Source: Stegostoma tigrinum (taxonomy: Eukaryota). From it: a DNA stretch of 64,000 nt. Position numbers and translations under genes: made by a program. Location: positions 60,938,481-61,002,480 of the forward strand of contig NC_081365.1 of the NCBI RefSeq assembly GCF_030684315.1, in the 5' to 3' direction. The notes below the pieces were generated by a model, which saw nothing but the letters and a program-made list of their open reading frames with translations, did no database searches and was not told the origin of the DNA. Below, one piece after another: positions 59,301-64,000 of the stretch; the first letter of the stretch is position 1; each line of letters opens with the position of its first letter.

Positions 59301-60961
59301 GTTATCTTGGTTCCCAGTTAGATATTTCATTGATCATGTAAAACTGTTCGCTGTCTTTCTCTTTCCCTTTCCTCCAATCCTCTCTTGCAAGGTTCTTCTT
59401 GCAGCACTTCTTCCCTAACTTCTCACGACTATCCCTTGCACCCCCCTCTTTTTGCATTAAAATGCAAAATGCCCTTCCCTGATCCTGAGCCCCAATTTCC
59501 ATGTCATTTTTTTTGTGATTGCAGCCTTTCACTCTTGGTCTCACATTTGGAAATCTTCACTGTATCTTTTCTGTGTCTATAATATCTTCCATATGATAAG
59601 ATGTCAATAGTTGTATTCCAACATTACTTATACTCAATGTGCTAGGCACGATACCTTGGATTCATTTGTGGGCACTTACAATTTAAAAGATTTATGCTAC
59701 TACTTCTTATTATCTTTCTGTCATCACTATAAGAATTATAACTGTCGCAGTTAAGGCCATTTTGAAATTGACTGTGTTCTGTAAAGGAAATTTTGCTTAA
59801 AATGCTGATATTTTTGACATGCATTGTGCATTCCAAAACCAAGATTTGTTAAATTCTAGTAGACAGTTTCCTTGGAATACAATTTTTGCTGCTTTGCTGA
59901 TTGATTCAAGTGAATAATGTGTCTGCTGTCTTCGTGGGTCTGGTTTAAAAAGTGAAAAGTGCAAAATGAGGAGAGTGAGAAGTCAGAGGCAGATAATACT
60001 GCATGGGCATCTTGTATAATTTTATCATATTTGGTTACTTTTATTTTTTAACACTTAAATTTGACCCATTACTTTTCTGCCTTCCCATTTTCTTCTGAAA
60101 GTATAGACTTGTTATGCTGACAGTATTCCATTGGTGTCTGCCAGTTTTTTAACACTTAAATTCAATAGCAAAGAATTTCCACTTAAACATTAGATGTGTT
60201 TAACTTTGGGTATCGTGGTTCAGTCTAATCCTGACATTGACATTGCACTTTTGCAACAGTCTTACCAAGTTAGTTATCAAACGTGACAATCTTGAATAAT
60301 TTCTGCCGTAGCTAAAACTGGGCTGCTGAAGCCAATTAAAATGTCAATTGAGCACCCTTCATAAACGACAAGTTATATGTGAGACGCTTCTCTTTTGTAT
60401 GGATCAGTTGCCTACTGAATAAACTTCCTGACCTATTGAGAGGGGTGCAGGGGAATGAATGAATGAAATTGTCCAATTAATAGCACCGCTTCTATTAATA
60501 TTTTCATATGTTATGTTTTCGGTTGGTTCATGAAGTGTAGTTTAAATGTTTTATAATGTCCAAGTGTAGTAAATGCATCCTAAAGGTTAGCTAAAGGCTA
60601 AGATACAGAAGAAGCCGTTAATCTTTTGTTTACTGCCAACCTTCATTCGTTGTTCGTGAGTAACGTGGGGTAATCCTTTTAATGACAGATTATTTTAATT
60701 GCTAATTCCCTCCTCCCAATCCTACTCCAGGATCATGATCGTCGGGTTCGAGAAGCAGTACAACAGGCATTTGAAATACTTGTCCTTCAAGTGAAGCGGA
60801 ACTTAGCACCTTATTTGAAGATTATTATGGGACACTGGCTTGTTGCTCAGTGTGATACCTACAATCCAGCAGCCTCAGCAGCAAAAGTAGCATTTCAAGT
60901 TGCATTTCCACTGAACAAACAGCCAGAAGCTGTGGCTTTTTGTAAAGAAGAAATTATGAAT
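41128..60961 (+). CDS. LTN1: E3 ubiquitin ligase listerin, first 192 codons in 4 exons (gene continues beyond the window end)
   Basis: Exons 41128-41169, 46737-46940, 54631-54729 and 60731-60961, all phase 0. Protein [39 protein letters not shown]...[23 protein letters not shown]...[25 protein letters not shown]... is the conserved listerin N-terminal domain. Confidence 0.96.
41690..41785 (+). mobile_element. Family A fragment with an intact minimal hammerhead core, inserted in a CR1 3' end
   Basis: CTGATGA-AGGGTCTAGGCCC-GAAACGTC at 41700-41727. Confidence 0.8.
41931..42152. mobile_element. Short fold-back family B element
   Basis: aaattgctgcagaaactcagcaggtctggcagcat / atgttgccagacttgttgagtttctccagcaattt. 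Confidence 0.78.
42676..42881. mobile_element. Short fold-back family A element
   Basis: ataacaaggtgtagagctggatgaaca ... tgttcatccagctctacaccttgttat inverted arms plus a one-sided tail. Confidence 0.85.
43570..44800. mobile_element. Degenerate composite Penelope (family B ends flanking GIY-YIG remnants, inverted junction near 43900)
   Basis: ORF 43922..44194 [34 protein letters not shown]; 43850-43897 resembles the reverse complement of 44146-44198; family B termini at 43570-43670 (-) and 44660-44800 (+). Confidence 0.7.
45036..45822 (-). mobile_element. CR1 LINE 3' fragment (RT C-terminus, 3' UTR, (ATGTTCT)n tail)
   Basis: ORF 45171..45923 [11 protein letters not shown]...[18 protein letters not shown]...[16 protein letters not shown]; agaacatagaacatagaacat tail. 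Confidence 0.92.
45830..46210 (+). mobile_element. LINE RT C-terminal fragment of a second family (CR1/L2 group); related pieces at ~27145-27930 (+) and ~28455-30270 (-)
   Basis: [26 protein letters not shown]; ...[21 protein letters not shown]...LDTIQDKAA. Confidence 0.75.
46737..46940 (+). CDS. LTN1: LTN1 exon 2 (68 aa)
   Basis: poly-T aaacag| acceptor, AAA|gtatgt donor, 204 nt. Confidence 0.95.
47811..47940. mobile_element. Short fold-back family A element with an intact hammerhead core in the loop
   Basis: caaggtgtagagctggatga / tcatccagctctacaccttg arms; CTGAAGA-AGGGTCTAGGCCC-GAAACGTC at 47852-47879. Confidence 0.85.
48556..48942. mobile_element. Fold-back Penelope-derived element, family D, with 12-bp target-site duplication
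   Basis: GCCATCTTTTGT at 48544-48555 and 48943-48954; arms ~48596-48770 and ~48788-48940 inverted; minus-strand decayed hammerhead CTGACAA-TGTCACCTAGAAGGGAGAT-GAAACGTT. Confidence 0.8.
49046..49390 (+). mobile_element. tRNA-derived SINE with LINE-derived tail; a more diverged copy lies at ~2303-2703
   Basis: A box ctagtggta, B box ggtttgaatcc, tail gccagcgacgccctcatcccaagaatgaataaa followed by an A-rich end. Confidence 0.75.
53500..53845 (+). mobile_element. Rex1/Babar-like LINE 3' fragment
   Basis: [19 protein letters not shown]-type C-terminal motif; 3' end acttttcagtgtatctcgatatatgtgacaacaataaa. Confidence 0.6.
54631..54729 (+). CDS. LTN1: LTN1 exon 3 ([33 protein letters not shown])
   Basis: ctaag| acceptor, TTG|gtaagc donor, 99 nt. 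Confidence 0.95.
57275..57468. mobile_element. Short fold-back family A element with 13-bp target-site duplication
   Basis: TTTCTCACTGGTT at 57262-57274 and 57469-57481; inverted arms plus 3' tail agattctccagcatctgcagttcct. Confidence 0.88.
58250..58470. repeat. Degenerate pyrimidine-rich tandem repeat (ttgcagcctccttttacc-like units)
   Basis: Recurrent gcagcctcct / gcctccttcc units. Confidence 0.55.
58836..59059. mobile_element. Short fold-back family B element
   Basis: cagcatctgtgaagaaaaaaatc / gattttttttcttcacagttgctg arms; tail tttacagcatctgcagttcttttgg. Confidence 0.8.
60731..60961 (+). CDS. LTN1: LTN1 exon 4 (DHDRRVREA...FCKEEIMN)
   Basis: ctccag| acceptor, AAT|gtaagt donor, 231 nt. 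Confidence 0.95.
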
Positions 60962-61868
60962 GTAAGTTTTCTTTTGAAAAGATCTTTCTCACTGGTACTT
61001 TGAATAATTATGAAAAGTTGTATTACTTTTCAAGTTTGTTTAAATTTGCCCTATAATTTAGCCAGAATTATGAGCTTGAAGTTTTATCATTCCCTTTCTG
61101 AGTAACTTACAAACTTTCTACCACAGGCCAGTGATTTTCTAGTTTTGTTGTATCCAGTTATCAACTATCACTCTTTACCAGCTGTTTATACTCATTGCTC
61201 ATTTTTACTTGATTCTAATGGATACTGTATGAACAAAGCCATTAAAGTAGCAAATTGACCTAACTATTGAACATGGGCAGAGCATTTGCCCTTTTAATCG
61301 ATCCCAAAATTAGGTTGACAATTCCACAATGATAAACAGGGCGGTGTGCCGTGGAGGGAGTGGGGCAACAGCACTAGATTGTGCAGTGATCTAGCGTATT
61401 GTCTTTAATTTCTGGTACGTATGTTTGAATTCAACACATACTGGTGGGATGAAAACCTTCTTTCTCTTTTGACAGGCAAGGTCTGATACAAAAAAGGTTT
61501 GTGTACTGACAACTTAAGGTCCTGTGGGTGTGATTTACAAATTAGTCTTAAATTATGAATCTTAGGGAGACTGGAGGGGGAAAATTAAAAGCAAAAATAA
61601 CTTCGTTGTAGCAGACTATTCTAATGTGATTCAGTTAATAGCACATTCTAATGACAGCAAGAATTTTTATGACCATCGAAGAGTACTATAGTTGACATGA
61701 AAGTGAAAAATCCTGACATATTACAAAAGTTAGAAAATACTGCATTCCCTGAACTGATACCCTTTATAAAAATCTCAAATATTTTTAGATTTTCTGATTA
61801 AAATTGACATTGTTTTGTATCCAATATATGTAATTTTGCTTTACGTTAAACTGTTTGCTCTTTTTCTA

Positions 61869-63037
61869 GTGATAATGGGAACTGCAGATGCTGGAGAATC
61901 CAAGATAACAAAGTGTGGAGCTGGATGAACACAGCAGGCCAAGCAGCATCTCAGGAGCACAAAAGCTGACATTTTGGGCCGAGACTCTTCGTCAGAGAGG
62001 GGCATGGGGAGAGGGAACTGGAATAAATAGGGAGAGAGGGGGAGGCGGACCGAAGATGGAGAGAAAACAAGATAGGTAGAGAGGACGGTATAGGTGGGGA
62101 AGTAGGGAGGGGATAGGTCGGTCCAGAGAAGATTGACAGGTCAAGGAGGCGGGATGAGGTGGTAGGTAGGAAATGGAGGTGCGGCTTGAGGTGGGAGGAA
62201 GGAATGGGTGATGGGAAGAACAGGTTAGGGAAGCAGAGACAGGCTGGGCTGGTTCTGGGATGCAGTGGGGGGAGGGGAAGAGCTGGGCTGGTTTTGTGAT
62301 GCAGTGGGGGGAGGGGAAGAACTGGGCTGGTTTTGGGATGCAGTGGGGGAAGGGGAGATTTTGAAGCTTGTGAAGTCCACGTTGATACCATTGGGCTGCA
62401 GGGTTCCCAAGCGGAATATGAGTTGCTGTTCCTACAACCTTCGGGTGGCATCATTGTGGCATTGCAGGAAGCCCATGATGGACATGTCGTCTGAGGAATG
62501 GGAGGGGGAGTTGAAATGGTTCGCGACTGGGAGGTGCAGTTGTTTGTTGCGAACCGAGCGGAGGTGTTCTGCAAAGTGGTCCCTAAGCCTCCGCTTGGTT
62601 TCCCCAATGTAGAGGAAGCCACACCGGGTGCAATGGATACAATATACCACATTGGCAGATGTGCAGGTGAACATCTGTTTGATATGGAAGGTCACCCTGG
62701 GGCCTGGGATAGGTGTGAGGGAGGAGGTGTGGGGGCAAGTGTAGCACTTGCTGCGGTTGCAGGGGAAGGTGCTGGGTGTGGTGGGGTTGGAGGGGAGTGT
62801 GGAGCAGACAAGGGAGTCGCGGAGAGAGTGGTCTCTCTGGAAGGCAGACAAGGGTGGGGATGGAAAAATGGCTTGGGTGGTAGGGTGGATTGCCGATGGT
62901 GGAAGTATTGGGGGATGATACGTTGTATCCGGAGGTTGGTGGGGTGGTATGTGAGGATGAGGGGGATCCTCTGGTGGCGGTTGTGGCGGGGGCAGGGTGT
63001 GAGGGATATGTTGCGGGAAATGCGGGTGACGTGGTCA
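61869..63037 (-). mobile_element. Penelope-like retroelement, 5'-truncated: GIY-YIG endonuclease region plus 3' end with degenerate hammerhead (left arm of a fold-back)
   Basis: ORF 62432..62851 (-) NVVYCIHCTRCGFLYIGETKRRLRDHFAEH...HF; upstream CxxxxCxxC linker; hammerhead-like CTGACGA-AGAGTCTCGGCCC-AAAATGTC at 61995-61968. Confidence 0.9.
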
Positions 63038-63040
63038 GTG

Positions 63041-64000
63041 CATCCGCCGCATCTGCTCCTAGGATGAGGCATTCCACTCCCGCACATCCCAGATGTCCAC
63101 GTTCTTCCAGGAGCGCAACTTTACCCCTTCAGTGGTCGAGAATGCCCTTGACCGCGTCTCCCGCATTTCCCGCAACACATCCCTCACACCCTGCCCCCCG
63201 CCACAACCGCCACCAGAGGATCCCCCTTGTCCTCACATACCACCCCACCAACCTCCAGATACAACATATCATCCTCCGACACTTCTGCCATCTACAATCC
63301 GACCCCATCACCCAAGCCATTTTTCCATCCCCACCCTTGTCTGCCTTCCGGAGAGACCACTGTCTCCGCGACTCCCTTGTCCGCTCCACACTCCCCTCCA
63401 ACCCCACCACACCCGGCACCTTCCCCTGCAACCGCAGCAAGTGCTACACTTGCCCCCACACCACCTCCCTCACACCTATCCCAGGCCCCAGGGTGACCTT
63501 CCATATCAAACAGATGTTCACCTGCACATCTGCCAATGTGGTATATTGTATCTATTGCACCCAGTGTGGTTTCCTCTACATTGGGGAAACCAAGCGGAGG
63601 CTTGGGGACCGCTTTGCAGAACACCTCCGCTCAGTTCGCAACAAAGAACTGCACCTCCCAGTCGCGAACCATTTCAACTCCCCCTCCCATTCCTCAGACG
63701 ACATGTCCATCATGGGCCTCCTGCAGTGCCACAATGATGCCACCCGAAGGTTGTAGGAACAGCAACTCATATTCGTCTTGGGTACCCTGCAGCCCAATGG
63801 TATCAAAGTGGCCTTCACAAGCTTGAAAATCTCCCCTAACTCCTACTACATCCCAAAACCAGCCCAGTTCTTGCCCTCCCCCACTGCATCCCAAAACCAG
63901 CCCAGCCTGTCTCTGCTTCCCTAACCGGTTCTTCCCATCACCCATCCCTTCCTCGCACCTCCATTTCCTACCTACCACCTCATCCCACCTCCTTGACCTG
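63041..64000 (+). mobile_element. Penelope-like retroelement, RT C-terminal/thumb remnant plus GIY-YIG region (right arm; runs off the window)
   Basis: IRRICS*DEAFHSRTSQMSTFFQERNF...; NVVYCIYCTQCGFLYIGETKRRLGDRFAEH; reverse complement of the left arm from 63149 onward. Confidence 0.9.

Noticed and set aside
62890-63756. 288-aa ORF as a functional or domesticated GIY-YIG nuclease
   Set aside because: Its N-terminus is antisense sequence of the left arm, it enters the true frame only after a frameshift near 63200, and it stops prematurely at TAG; no RT core

Overview
Vertebrate genomic DNA, most likely a shark (elasmobranch-type HE1 SINE, CR1 and Penelope repeats); the species cannot be fixed from the sequence. 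Three spliced genes were reconstructed by hand from GT-AG boundaries and recalled vertebrate protein sequences. USP16 is on the minus strand (11 coding exons, 378 codons in the window; it continues beyond position 1). RWDD2B is on the plus strand and complete (290 aa). LTN1/listerin is on the plus strand (first 4 coding exons, 192 codons). USP16 and RWDD2B appear to diverge from one compact CpG-rich promoter at ~24.05-24.15 kb. The very long Pro/Gly ORFs at 18.7-23.4 kb are artefacts of a ~4 kb C-rich minisatellite in USP16 intron 1. The most unusual signal is a dense population of more than 15 Penelope-like (GIY-YIG) retroelement derivatives in four sequence families. Most are fold-back (inverted-repeat) insertions from ~130 bp to >2 kb. 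Several have exact 12-14 bp target-site duplications, and many carry a minimal hammerhead ribozyme core (CUGANGA-stem II-GAAAC-GUH). Also noted is an upstream ORF in frame with RWDD2B and separated from it only by TGA-AAA. No alignments, folding or database searches were run; repeat boundaries are approximate.
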